Shown here piece by piece: positions 13,841-25,776 of a stretch of 64,000 bases of DNA. The first letter of the stretch is position 1; each line of letters starts with the position of its first letter. The notes under the pieces are model-generated. The model was not told the origin of the DNA. It ran no database searches and was given only the letters and a program-made list of their open reading frames with translations. This DNA is from Patellaria atrata CBS 101060. Its lineage: Eukaryota. The stretch is from the NCBI GenBank assembly GCA_010093705.1, contig MU006089.1, positions 3,374,061-3,438,060 on the forward strand. The letters are read 5' to 3'. Both the position numbers and the translations under genes were made by a program.

Positions 13841-14364
13841 ACCGGTCTTCACATCTCGAGGGTGGATGGATCGTTCGTTGATGGGAGGAGTTGGTGTTTG
13901 ATAGAGGCGAAAGGCCTGATAACGGGACAGAGTGATGGAGTGATTTGGGGAAGAAGAGTTAGACGGAGGAAGCTGATAACAAGAACTGCTCCTCGTTTTT
14001 GAATTTTTCGTTGGTTACTTTGGATTTCTGCATCAATAGACTGTACGAGTATTTGTACCATTTTCAAAATGAAAGGGGTAGATGAGAAGTCGTTCATTTT
14101 AGACCTGTATAGAGTTTTGTACGAAAGAGGGAGGAGAGCATAGAGTCACTCATTCTGGATTTCCAAAGCCAGATTGATACCATAGAATTGTACTATCATC
14201 TGTCCAAGCTTGTTTCGCGACTGTACAGTAGAAAATAGAAACGACCGATGTACGCTGGATACTCAAAAGAGAAATGAACTTTAAATTGGCTAGAACCCCT
14301 GAACTCCTCCAAGTCTGACTGGCTAATGATAGAGGTGTATAAAGCAAATGGAGGAGAGCGGAGT

Positions 14365-15666
14365 TTAGACAGCACTATACCCACCTCTGCTCCCATGTCC
14401 CTGTAACGAATTTGCAACACCACGACCCCAATCCTTCAAAATATACGGGATATCACGAATCGTGTCACCATGCGGCAGGAGATCCCATCCGCGTGCACCG
14501 TAGCGGTTGTAGTTGAGCCATGAGCCAAAGATGAGATATGATGCAATAGCCAGGAAAAGACTGCGCCTCCGTCAGCGAAACTATTCAAATACTTTGCTCA
14601 TATAATGAGGGGACAGGTGTGGGGTGGGGGTATGGTCGTGTTGCGGGAGGGATGGATGAGGTTTAGTCAGATGAGCGTAATTCCCTATCCGTCGCGAGCC
14701 GGGGTGGCTTTCTGGAACACGAGAATGCGCGTCCCGCGTCGTGTAATGAGATGAGTATGAGTATGAGAATGAGGACTTACATGATGATGAACCAGGTGAA
14801 GAAGCCCCAGTGGTCGGATGGGCCGCCTGCATCATTTCCGTCCTCACGCTTTTCGCAGGCATGCTTGGTGAGCCATTCGAGGCGGAGGACGCCGGTTTCG
14901 TCTTTACCTTCACCCTGGGTTTTGTAGCTTAAGAAGCGCAAACTTGCTTTCTTGTTATCGGAGCCGTCTTCATCGTCTTCGCTGTTTTCTGCGCGTCGCT
15001 TCGCTTTCTCGGTGTCGCTGCTATCGTCGTCATCGCTAGGTTCGGTAGGTCTCTTATCTTCTTCTGCTTCTTCTAACCCGGTACGATCAGGATCACAGAG
15101 GAATTCAATTATGGCCTTCTGTTTTATAGTATGTTTCGATGGATCTACCCACTTTCCTCCGTGGAGTTCAACTCGAACGCCCTCCTTTTTGGTATCTGCG
15201 CTCGACGAGGATGTTTTTAAGCGTGTGATTTTAGGGTCGATACTTCCTCCTGAAGTTGTTTCGAAGTTCCCTGCTATAGGGACAACCTTTTTTACGCCGT
15301 GGTTATTGTTATCTTTGAAGTACTCCTCCTCTATTCCGCATACTAGAAAGGGTAGGTTAGCATTCTAGAATCCCTGTATAGTCAGGAGGATGACCGACTT
15401 CTAGTTCCTATTGAAGGACACTGGTCATTCTTAGGTATGTTCTTGAGTTTCTTAAGGTTATTGCATATGTCCAATGTGAATGTGAAGTTGGAGACTGTTC
15501 GCCCTTCATCTTGTATCCAGTGGACGGCCTTCGGACCTCCAAGTGCCCCAAAGTTCCAGTGCTGCTTATCTGCTACGACATCTTTGCAGTTAAAACTAAC
15601 AGCAGACGTTATAGAGCTCTGGAGAAATATCGCAGAGACTAGGGCGACGGATCGAGGTAATAGCAT
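14365..15666 (-). CDS. ATG27: Autophagy-related protein 27 (type I membrane, MRH-like lumenal domain)
   Basis: Signal peptide, then FTLDIC..CP...VCG, IEFLCD, LRLEWLTKHACE, TM HWGFFTWFII|LFLAIASYLIFGSWLNYNRYGARGWDLLPHGDTIRDIPY and C-terminal RGGYSAV. Two introns. Confidence 0.9.
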
Positions 15667-16179
15667 GATGTAGTTGCTTGTGATCGTGTGTGCCAGTATG
15701 ATGGGTTAGGTTACTGGTCCGGAGAGTGACGGAGGTTGACAAGAGGTTGAAATGAGAGACAGGAAGTATAGAATATGTAGCACTAGCCGTCAGAATAACT
15801 CTGATCGCGGTGACACTGTATAGAGTGGTGGATAAATGACTTTTGTGTTGAAGCTCCTCGTGCTCCGGGAAGTTGATGACATAGCCAGATCGAGCCAATC
15901 CCTGCGGCTTCTTCCGGCGGAGCCTCAAAGGTTAACAGTTGACGACAACTTGACAACAGCTTATTAATCTACTTGATCCCTGACGATTCTCCAAGCCATG
16001 AAAGTATGAGCAATGGAAGTATAATACCTCTCTAAGTCTCTTTCTGTTCGAGCGTACGTTAAATGTAGAACTACGCTTCCTTACGGTTACTCTATGGACC
16101 TGTGGCTCACCACAGCAACATCGCAAATCACCTTACTATATAATGCTTTGCCTGAATCAGATTGACTGAAGTGGGATCC

Positions 16180-16941
16180 ATGCCTCTAAGGAAGAGGAAC
16201 AAGTCACCCCCCAACCATTCGCTCGATATGGAGTCCCGACCGGAACCATCGAACCCATATGCTGGCTCTAACAGTGGATTATCCTCAACACATACTGAAG
16301 ATACCGCTGGTAACGGCTTAGATGTCGGTGGTCAATCCCCTCCACCCGACTATAATCCCCTCCAGAGGAATGTTTCCAACTTCGTCATAGATACCGTCTT
16401 TATCCGTGCTGCTCTCAAGTCCTCAGAAGTGCGGTATCATTTGTCGTCCACCGTCCATACGGATATATCAGAACTTCGTATTAGACGGTTGAGTTCGACC
16501 GAGAGCCGTTCTATTGCAACAACTTCGCAGCTTGTTTCCTTTTTGAGTTCAGATACTTTGTATACTATCACCAGACCGCCGTTTGAACCTAGCATAATGA
16601 TAATCAAAGGGTCAAGAAAGAGTACGCTACCTGGAACCATTCAAATGAGACATCGATTACGGAAATGGAAAGTAGAACAGGAGCATTGTGGGAAGATATT
16701 CCAGTTATTCCAGTTATCTGAACGCACGAGATCACGATCTCTTCAGTGGAAAGGCGAAGATGGAACCTTGTTGGCCGATGACGTTTGGGAAAATGAGGGA
16801 ACTCCGGTAGAGAGACCGATGCTGAAGCTCAGTCAAAGTATAAAGTTATCGACGCAAGAGCTCTTGATAACTTGCTGGATAGCAAGAATCTGGTACTTTA
16901 CGACGAAACCGATGCTCTACCCCATGCATACCAAAGACTAA
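16180..16941 (+). CDS. Hypothetical protein (~253 aa) with PPPDY motif
   Basis: Single ORF, first ATG at 16180. Disordered N-terminus and a globular C-terminal half ending LLITCWIARIW. Confidence 0.6.
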   Translation: MPLRKRNKSPPNHSLDMESRPEPSNPYAGSNSGLSSTHTEDTAGNGLDVGGQSPPPDYNPLQRNVSNFVIDTVFIRAALKSSEVRYHLSSTVHTDISELRIRRLSSTESRSIATTSQLVSFLSSDTLYTITRPPFEPSIMIIKGSRKSTLPGTIQMRHRLRKWKVEQEHCGKIFQLFQLSERTRSRSLQWKGEDGTLLADDVWENEGTPVERPMLKLSQSIKLSTQELLITCWIARIWYFTTKPMLYPMHTKD

Positions 16942-17520
16942 GACTAGCAACTGATTACTGAGGTGGGTCTTTGGTCGTTTTACTTCTATGCCACTTACCC
17001 AGGCACGGTAGCAGTGGTTACCGTTCAATTGGCGGTAGTTCAAATTTGGGCCAGCTAGGAGCAAGCTATAAAATGTACGCAGCTTGTGCAGTCCAGCAAA
17101 AGTTCAAAATTAGCAATCCAGAAGCCTCAAAACAGGAAGTACCACTCATTTCTAGCTTAAAAGATGGTCTGCACGGCGCTATTTGATGTATTAGAATGCT
17201 TATTTGTTAGGGAATATCATTGCAACATTTCACTGTCCGGTCTCCAGATAATTTGGTATGCACTTTCCGCATCCCGCACATGCTGTGTAGAAGGAAGTGT
17301 TACTCTAGGTATTGGTATTTTTCGAAGGAGATGACCGATGAATAGAATGGCAGGAGCCTCCAAAGCTCAAGAGAATAGAACTAGTTCTCCTCTTCTCTCG
17401 TCCTTTTTTTTCTTCTCTTCTGTCACATCGTCAAGGTTTTCATATCATCTAGTCCACTTTCGCTTTTCAAGTATCTTCAAGCAAATATATTCACTCGCTA
17501 CTCTATATTAACAACTCACC

Positions 17521-19209
17521 ATGTCTTCCCATGAAGAAAGCAGACCCAGTCTCATAGTCAAACTTCGCCTTCGCCGAAATAGTGTTTCCCCAGGAAGCAG
17601 CTTGAACGCTGAAACCAGTACCTCGACGCCACGCGAGCATAGATCAGAGTCCCGGACGATACCTAACCAAGCCGGACACGTACTCAGGCAGCATCAACCA
17701 CCATTTCTTCAACCAACATGGCGTCTACCTTCAGATAATCAGGACCCAACTCAATCCTCGCGTCAAACTGCTGAAACGACAAACCTTCATAACCCATCTA
17801 GAACTTCACACATCGTCGAACCATCCACGAGCCATGTTTCACCTTTTCCGGACTACACCGATCCTCTCGAAACCGGCAATCATCGCGAGACCCGCGAAGA
17901 TGAAGTACTCCGCCACCGCCCGACAGCCATTGATGAGATTCAGGAAATAGAACCGGCACCTTCGTCTTTGGTAGATAGCGCGGGCACTGGTAGAACATCT
18001 CATATGAGCAAAATTCTACGCACGATCAAAGAGAAAAAGCAAATCCACAGAGATGCTAGACTGGTCGAACTCTACGGATGCAGTTCGAAAGAGAGGAATC
18101 AGACATTTATTCAGAAACGAGCGGTGTCCGACTCCCCACCGGTAGGCACACCCGGCGAACATAGGAAGAGAAGATGGGTCAATCGTCCGAATGGTACCGA
18201 AAGACGCTTCAAAACTGTATCTATGCGAAGGAGTGCAATATCTGCGGTACGCAGCATTTCCAAGGGCTTCAGATCTGTAAAAATCGGCTTCTTGATGAAG
18301 ATTACGTCTTCCAAACAGGAACATGCTTCCGGCAACAGCAGCTCAACTCCTCCAATCCCGGGGCCGGTCGTTCCCCACGAAAGACCTACCAAAGATACCC
18401 TGCAGTCAAGGACGGAACGCTCCTTGAAGAATACTCTAAAAGGCAAATTCCGTCGCCAGAAGCGTTCCGTTCCACCGACCATCATCACAACGCCTTTATC
18501 AGCGTTTGAAATGCGGCCCATTCCGGATAGCCCACTTGCCGAGTACTCTACACCTTCGTCAGTTCCAAATAATGATGTCTACCACACGCGGGATGAATCG
18601 GACAGTATCGACGGCTCCTACGACATCCATCCTGCATTCCGTAGTCCCATTCCACCCCCACCGCCTCTAGGGGGCCGCCTATTTCCCGACCCATTTTCTT
18701 CCTTTAATGGAATGCGTATCCGCCGCTCTTCCTCTTTCCACGAGGAGTTCGACCTTCCTTCCGCCGTGTTCCCGTCTGATCCCCGCGAGCCTCTGATACC
18801 CCTGATGCAGGCAGCAAGCATCGCGTCCGTCACTGAAACACCAGAAGACCTCTCGAGGTCTGTTAATGGGACACCAATGGCTCCTATTCCACAGGTGCAG
18901 ACGTTCCACCAACCAACTCGCTTGTCAAGGATCCAAGAGGGAAGAGTGGAAGATATGGCGGAAGTATATGAGGATGCTGTGTTCGAACAGCCGGTACTTG
19001 AAGAGGAGGTTCCTGAAGAACAGTCTTCAGAGGGGAATGTTGAGTACGAGGGGTCCAGTGATGGCCTACTCGAGGACCAGCAAACCCCGGCTCTCACACA
19101 TGGGTCTTCGTGGAGTAGCTCGGTCTATTCTTGGAGAGAAGGAACAACTCAAGGAGATCATTCTGACGAGTCTGGAATTATTACGGTGAGTATGATGGTT
19201 GATGTATAG
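17521..19209 (+). CDS. Hypothetical low-complexity protein (562 aa)
   Basis: Long ORF with CACCATG start and a pyrimidine-rich upstream tract. S/P/R/E-rich, no recognisable domain. Confidence 0.65.
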   Translation: MSSHEESRPSLIVKLRLRRNSVSPGSSLNAETSTSTPREHRSESRTIPNQAGHVLRQHQPPFLQPTWRLPSDNQDPTQSSRQTAETTNLHNPSRTSHIVEPSTSHVSPFPDYTDPLETGNHRETREDEVLRHRPTAIDEIQEIEPAPSSLVDSAGTGRTSHMSKILRTIKEKKQIHRDARLVELYGCSSKERNQTFIQKRAVSDSPPVGTPGEHRKRRWVNRPNGTERRFKTVSMRRSAISAVRSISKGFRSVKIGFLMKITSSKQEHASGNSSSTPPIPGPVVPHERPTKDTLQSRTERSLKNTLKGKFRRQKRSVPPTIITTPLSAFEMRPIPDSPLAEYSTPSSVPNNDVYHTRDESDSIDGSYDIHPAFRSPIPPPPPLGGRLFPDPFSSFNGMRIRRSSSFHEEFDLPSAVFPSDPREPLIPLMQAASIASVTETPEDLSRSVNGTPMAPIPQVQTFHQPTRLSRIQEGRVEDMAEVYEDAVFEQPVLEEEVPEEQSSEGNVEYEGSSDGLLEDQQTPALTHGSSWSSSVYSWREGTTQGDHSDESGIITVSMMVDV

Positions 19210-19796
19210 CCTTTTTCGGTTCTTATGATTACATCTTGCTTGCTCTTTTCTTACTTCTTAGAGCCTTCTTGCTGTTTGTTCTGTAAAGTCGTCCTTGGTA
19301 GAGATATAGTCGATGCTGCGTCTTGCTTTGCTATTGGATATAGAGGCTGTGTCTAGTGAAGCTTGTTAGGGAAAGGGGGTGTAAGTTTGATGTACGGTCG
19401 TGTACTTTAGAGATTCTATATCAATGTTCATTGCTGCATCGAATTGGTATGAAACGGTGCTTTTCTTTTCCTGGCCAGAGAAGTGCACCAGGTCATAATT
19501 TAATATGATTGGGTAAGCCGACGAACCGTGCTCATCGTAGATCTACATGCAGTAAGGCTATAGTTCTACTGTACAACTCAACAACGACAAAATTGAGTCA
19601 GTAAAATCCGGTCTTTCTGTATACTCCACTTGTCTACACAGGTCGATGGTCCAGTGCAGTCCAGCGGTTCTGTACGGCCTAGTGCTTCTAGACGGATCAG
19701 TGATATCTACAGTCTCGCGAGTTTGTACTATACGGCGCACTCATTTGCCCTATCAAACCAGACAGTCTCGTCAATAGTTAACTAGCACGGTTACTT

Positions 19797-22235
19797 ATGA
19801 GTCCCTCAGCGGAGGAAACGACAACAACATCCAAATCGTCAGCCAAATCTCGCTTTTGTACCTGTTACACCGAACTCATCCACAATCTACCATCGCAAAT
19901 CCGGGACGTCCTTTCTCGACCCGATCCATCCCGTTGGTATGGGGTCGAGAAATACGCATACCATTACCCCGTTCCAACACAGCCTACCACTATTGACCTT
20001 GCAGCTTCCGCTGCCTCCTGTGAACTCTGTGCTTTGGTAGTAAGGGGGTTTGGTAGCGGAACGTAAGTATGCTACCAAAGATCCAGAGCGAGATAGACCG
20101 GGGTACCTACAATTCGCCCCTGATAACCTTGGGTGGGATGGTGACGAGTTGAAGTATTATGCGAAGGAGGTAAAAGGTTTTGTTGCGTTATTGCGAATAA
20201 GAGAAAATCCTGTGCGGGACGGAGAGATGATAAGCAGGACACGTGAGGTGTCTCTAGTCTTTCATATATTGGCTGCGCGAGCGGGAACTGGGGTCCCAAT
20301 AATATCACATTGAAAACTGAGGTGAGGATTTGTGTTGATTCCGGTGGGTTGATAAAGTACTTCTTTGTTTGAGGAAAAGAAGGTGAAGATGTTTAACTGA
20401 TTCTTCTCTTAATAGGAAAACCGCTAGCGAAACACATATATGGGAGATTGGTGAATCCAGATCCAGCGTCTAAAGATGTGTTTGAGACACTGAATAATTG
20501 GGTAGCCGTTTGTGTAAGAGATCATGAGGAATGTGAAAGTGCTGGGGATGGGTTGATTCCAACGAGAATGATTGATGTAGGTAGAAATGGTGAAGACTTC
20601 GTTAAACTCAAGGAAAGTAGAGATGACGTTTGCGCAGACAAATAGGACAAGCGTTTTGTGGCACTGAGTCACTGTTGGGTAAGGTCTTCCCATTTCAGTA
20701 TAAGATAAGAATTGGGCTTATTGATCTATTCCAGAGACCACCCCATGGCTACATAACCACTAAAGGCAATCTTACACGTCAGAAAATGGGAATGGATATA
20801 AGCGCTATGCCACAGACTTTTCAAGATGCTACTAGAGGTCTGGGTTTGCGTTACCTTTGGATTGATTCTCTATGCATCATCCAAGACGATAGCATGGATT
20901 GGCAGTTAGAGTCTGTGCAGATGGCTTCGATCTATCGCAACGCCTTCTTAGTTATAAGTGCTTCCAATTCTTCCGCTGATACAAAAGGATTTCTTCGCCA
21001 ACGGGATACTGGTACGATTATCTTCGAAGCTGATGACGGAGAAAAGTTCGGATTAGACCTTTTGCCGCCTAGGCGTGAAAGGCCAAGGCAGAAAGTGAGA
21101 TACAATCCGATTAGTGGAGAACCTGTTAAAAGAAGAGCGTGGATCCTCCAAGAGCAGCTTTTGTCGCGTCGTACAATTATTTACAGTAAGAGACAAATAT
21201 TCTGGGAATGCTTGGAGTTTCTGAAATCAGAGGGGTCCGCCGAGGCGATATCTTTCCTCCCCCTAAAGCTTGAGTCAATCACAAAAACTGCTGGCATAGA
21301 TGCCTCTTTGTTCAGTTCGTTTTACTTTAGAGAAGCGGACTGTTTGAATTATCATGGCTGGTATGAGACGGTAAAGGACTATTGCCGGCGCGAAATGACT
21401 AAAGAATGTGATCGGCTGCCGGCGTTATCAGGTCTCGCTCAAACTGTTGCTCGATCTAGTAATGACGTACATATAGCCAGTATTTAGCAAAAGGGGATAG
21501 TAGAAGGCTTATTGTGGTCTAAGGCGTCTCCTGGCGATCTGTTATCCCGACAAATTATATACCGCGCTCCTTCCTGGTCCTGGGTTTCGGTACATGGTAA
21601 TGTCATTTTTCCCGTCTATGACTTCCACGACAGAAAAGGGTCTTCAGACGTAGAAAAATACGAAAATGTGCAGCTTGCGCATCTCGAGCGTACTGTAAAA
21701 AGGGTCAGTTGCTGAGTTGCAACCAGATGTTCACTCCACGCACCTGAAAGGCTATGGTGCGCTCAAAAGTGGTAAACTGACACTTACTGTTGTATCCATT
21801 TTGGAAGTTACTTCTGTTGAGGACGCTTCAACCACGGCAATGAAGCTCACACCATCACTGCCATGGGGTTCGGATATTTCAGACAAGATATTCGGTATCA
21901 CTATCCCGTATCGTGGCCGGAAGAAGCGAATTTTCCTGGAGGGTGGGTTTGATATTGACGATGAGGAATACGAAGACAGCTGAGACCTTTACATCTTATT
22001 TTTGGCACGTATTGGAGTGAGGTTGGATGATAGAACAAAATCTCCTTTGTCGTACGAGCATCGATTCGGATTGATCCTGCTGTCTCGTGGTGGTGAACAA
22101 TTTGTGAGAGTAGGAATGGTCGATGGAACTCTAGTCACTAGAAGAAATATTCTGAACAGACCCGTCGGTCGAGATCTGTACAAAGTAAGCATTTTAGGGA
22201 AAGGTGCAGGAATAAATCGATTAAAAGCTCGCTAG
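19797..22235 (+). pseudogene. HET-domain (heterokaryon incompatibility) protein pseudogene
   Basis: HET motifs PTRMIDV, FVALSHCWG, PQTFQDA, LGLRYLWIDSLCIIQDD..DW..ES..MASIYRNA, RAWILQEQLLS, DRLPALSGLA, YRAPSWSW. Disrupted by apparent +1 frameshifts in G runs (~20045, ~20291) and in-frame stops at 20643 (TAG), 21485 (TAG) and 21981 (TGA). Confidence 0.85.
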
Positions 22236-23588
22236 GATTGTTAACGAGAACCTGATGTCAAACGTGATCTTTTCGTACCGGAGCCGTTTCCCGAAATTCT
22301 ACTTAGGACAGTAGTTATAATATAGTCATAAGCATCTTTCAGACATGGACGTCGAATAGAAAATCATCCGATGGTATTGGCGATGGAATTTATTGAAATG
22401 GTGTACAGTACCAGCAACAACCATGAGTATTTCACCACAACACCTTGACAGCCAAGAGCTCCGATTTCCCCTTATCTAAGCAACGATACGAGCATTTTGT
22501 CTTATCTAGGCACCAGACGCTGTATATGAGTATTATTAGCTTGATTAGATTTGTATGTATCCTTGAGAGCCAACATATCCATTATATCTCCCTAGTACGG
22601 TACAGTAGGGAATGGGTTTTGAAGGTTGGGGCCAGCGTGTTGCCAGGGCAACGAAAGAGCGGGTGAAGGAGGGGGGAAGGGGGAAGGGCTATATTGGTGT
22701 TGTGGGATTGGTTTGCGGATTTGTGCGGTTAGATAGAGATGCTTATAGAGTTTGACTGGGTGATTAAGGATTAGAGCGTAGTGATTTGAGAAGTGAGGGG
22801 AATTTTGCCATGTTGAAGTTTGTACCTGCGGTTGATAGAGCCGCGGTTGCATTTGCCCTAGTATCAGCATCAGCTATATCGTATTAATGTGAGGTTGACG
22901 AGGGGAAGTAGAGAGGGGTTAAAGTGAGAGTATAGAGATTTGAAGAGGGAGTGGAGAATTAGAAGGTATAGTGCTAAAGTGGCTCTTATTACGTGACGGA
23001 TCATGGAAAATTTATTTGTTGGGAGCGTTCTAAGACTGGAGCAAGTGCTAAGACAGAAAAGAAGAAACAGTTTTGGATACGATTGAAGGGAGGGTGGACG
23101 TATTGAATAAGTTTATACGTTTCCTCAACATTACGGTTACGAAACTGAAATACAAAGACATCTGAAACATATGACTCTAGATTTTCAATGTAGGATAGCA
23201 GATCAACCGCAGGAGTTACATTTGCATCGACAGGTCTTATAGCATCTACAGTAATCAAGGAAGGAGAAGTACGTAACAGACAGTAGGTTAACCCCACCGG
23301 TCTGGTGGCCCTAGGAAAAGTAGAAAATGAAGGTAATCCTCCTCTTTGCAAAATCTTTTATCCTAGGAATATCGACAAGAATTTAGGTAACCCTATCTGA
23401 AACGAAAGAGAACCGAAACGAAGATCCATCGGAGTCCGGTCCAATAAAGTAAGGTAAAGAAATAGATGCCCGTTGCTTCCCGAATCCACTCAAACGTACT
23501 CGTACGTGGCATCCAAACCTAGAAGAAAAATGGTATCGAATAAGCGAAGCACCCAACACACCCATACAAAACTCAATAATTAAGGACA

Positions 23589-24693
23589 CTAAACATGCAA
23601 ATCCCTAGATGTCTTACGATCCTGCCGTTTATTCACTCCGCCCAACACAGCTTTAAGGATACCGTCACCCGTCAGCTTGCCTCCACATTCCCCTCTGAAA
23701 GGAGTCGTGTCGACTATATCTCTGATCTTTCCCCCATCATGCGCTTTAAGCTCGTCGTCGAGCCTTCTCAGCTCTTCACTTGCCGCTTTGTTGTTCCCGA
23801 CCTGGATGAACTGGATCCCGAGTTGCCACGGCCTGGCTTCGTATTTCCTGAGTCTTTGCGCTGTCTCAATGATCACCTCATCCGGTTCATATCCATGTGA
23901 TGGTTGACCGTCCGTAATGACAATGATATTCAGAGGCTTCACTGATTTGCCCTCCTTCTTCAGACGCTCTAAGTAAGGCTGTATGATATCGTCTAGACGT
24001 TTGGACGTCGGTGTCGATCTATTTGGACTTACCTGCTTAAAGGCAGCTTCAACTTGTTTAGCGGTTACTAACTTTTCGGCATAGGCCTTATTCTCGTTCT
24101 TGCCTAAGGTATTCATGAACCAGATATCGATACCGTCGTCATCGTAAAGGGTACAAATAGGGGCAATGGCGGCAATGGCTTTTTTAGCTTCATTCCAGCA
24201 GCCATCCCAGGCCATGCTTTCTGAGTCATCGATTAGGAAGACAGTGTCAAACTCGCTGAGAAAGGCATAGGGATCGTTGTCGGCGAATTTTTTGGCGCTG
24301 CGGGCGGCTGCGATGTTTTTGGATGTCTTGTTAGATGATCCGTTCGGTTGTTCTGAAACTGCGTAGGTTGTGGATATATATCCTTGAGACGGTACAACAG
24401 TGTATGCCGGCGGTGCATCATTGTTCGAAGAGAGTTCGCCTTGATAACGGTGAGTATAAGATTATCCATTTGTAACTAGGAGATGACCTGAACCGTTGCC
24501 ATTGATAGGGTATTCAGCACGCTCAGGATGGTAACAACCTACATGGACGACGAGTAGCTGGTGCTGGACTTGCGAATGGATTATTCGTATTGCCAGAAAT
24601 CCCTGGAAGCAATTTGGGGTCCTGTTGTGCGACTGAAGATGCTCGCCTCGTGGAGTTCTTCGGCGAGAATTTGCTTTTAAGAGATCCAAACAT
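23589..24693 (-). CDS. von Willebrand factor A domain protein (intracellular fungal type)
   Basis: DPYAFLSEFDTVFLIDDSESM (MIDAS DxSxS), DDDGIDIWF, KPLNIIVITDG and LGIQFIQVG..DIVDT. Exon 1 starts MFGSLKSK; probable intron 24542-24440. Confidence 0.85.
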
Positions 24694-25776
24694 GGTGTTT
24701 CTTCTATCAATACTCGAAGTGCTTATACAATTGATATCGCTATCGCGCTCTCTGTGAGTTGAGGCGCAGTATGAGGATGAATCTAGGAAAGAGAAGGTGT
24801 ATGAAGAGGAAGTTGCCATCTTTATAAGGAGCGAACAATATAGCGGTCACAGATCCAACTAATTGTGACCGGTCAGACGATATAGACTTCAGAAAGAGGT
24901 AAGGGCAACTGGATGGATACGGATATGATAGATATTGGTTTGATGTACCAAACCTAATTGAACAGCTAACGTTGGCGACTCTTATAGGAGAACCATGTCA
25001 CAGTATCGGAAATGGTTCTACATAGCGCAGGTGAGCATGCTTTCGTCTGCAGGTTGTATGCCTTGAGGTAAGCCTTCCCAAGGTCTGAGGCCATTGTATA
25101 ATAAGGAACTGAGTACAAACCGCCCCCTGACGAAGGTGATAAGATGGCGCTTCAAGAGCACTTCATTCACACGCTCTGTGCTGTGTTGACCTTAGCATTA
25201 CCACGCCGTACACACATAGCCTTTTCGTCTGAATGATGACTGAACTTATCGGCCACTTGGGCTCGGTCGGGGAATTGTTTTGACCCTTTGGTTGCGGTGG
25301 AGAACCTTCAACCCCTTTGCCACGAGGCTGAGCATAAGGCAAACTCATAATCCCAGGCGCTAAGCCCGAAACATTCCCGCCGCCCTTTATCCTGAACTAC
25401 TCCGCCCACAAACCACAAACCATCTCGCTTCCTAAGGCTCATTTTCCTAGGTAAGGGCCACTTTCTAAGGGTCAATTAGAAGATTATGATGTGCTCGAGT
25501 CTAGGCTGAAACTACAACATGTTTTTTACCGCAGCACGTAGCTTTAGGAACTACTTTTTCTCCAGGCTCACTACTTCTAATTGGCGCCATGAAAACCTGC
25601 CTTACGGGATATACAACGAGAGGGAAATGGTACACCAGATCTCCTGACATGTAGATCGGTTATAGCTTTACCATACGTAGCGTATCTCCGTGGAACTTCA
25701 TTAGTTCTACTATTGTGGATGAGGTCTCCACGGATTCGCCGAACAATTATTTCCGATGGATGGATCTCAAAGTGGT

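Noticed and set aside
14562..14780. Intronic snoRNA in the long ATG27 intron
   Set aside because: No C box on the transcribed strand and no convincing H/ACA double hairpin.
25233..25331. Possible box C/D snoRNA (ATGATGA...CTGA)
   Set aside because: No terminal stem and no recognisable rRNA-complementary guide. Such boxes occur often by chance.
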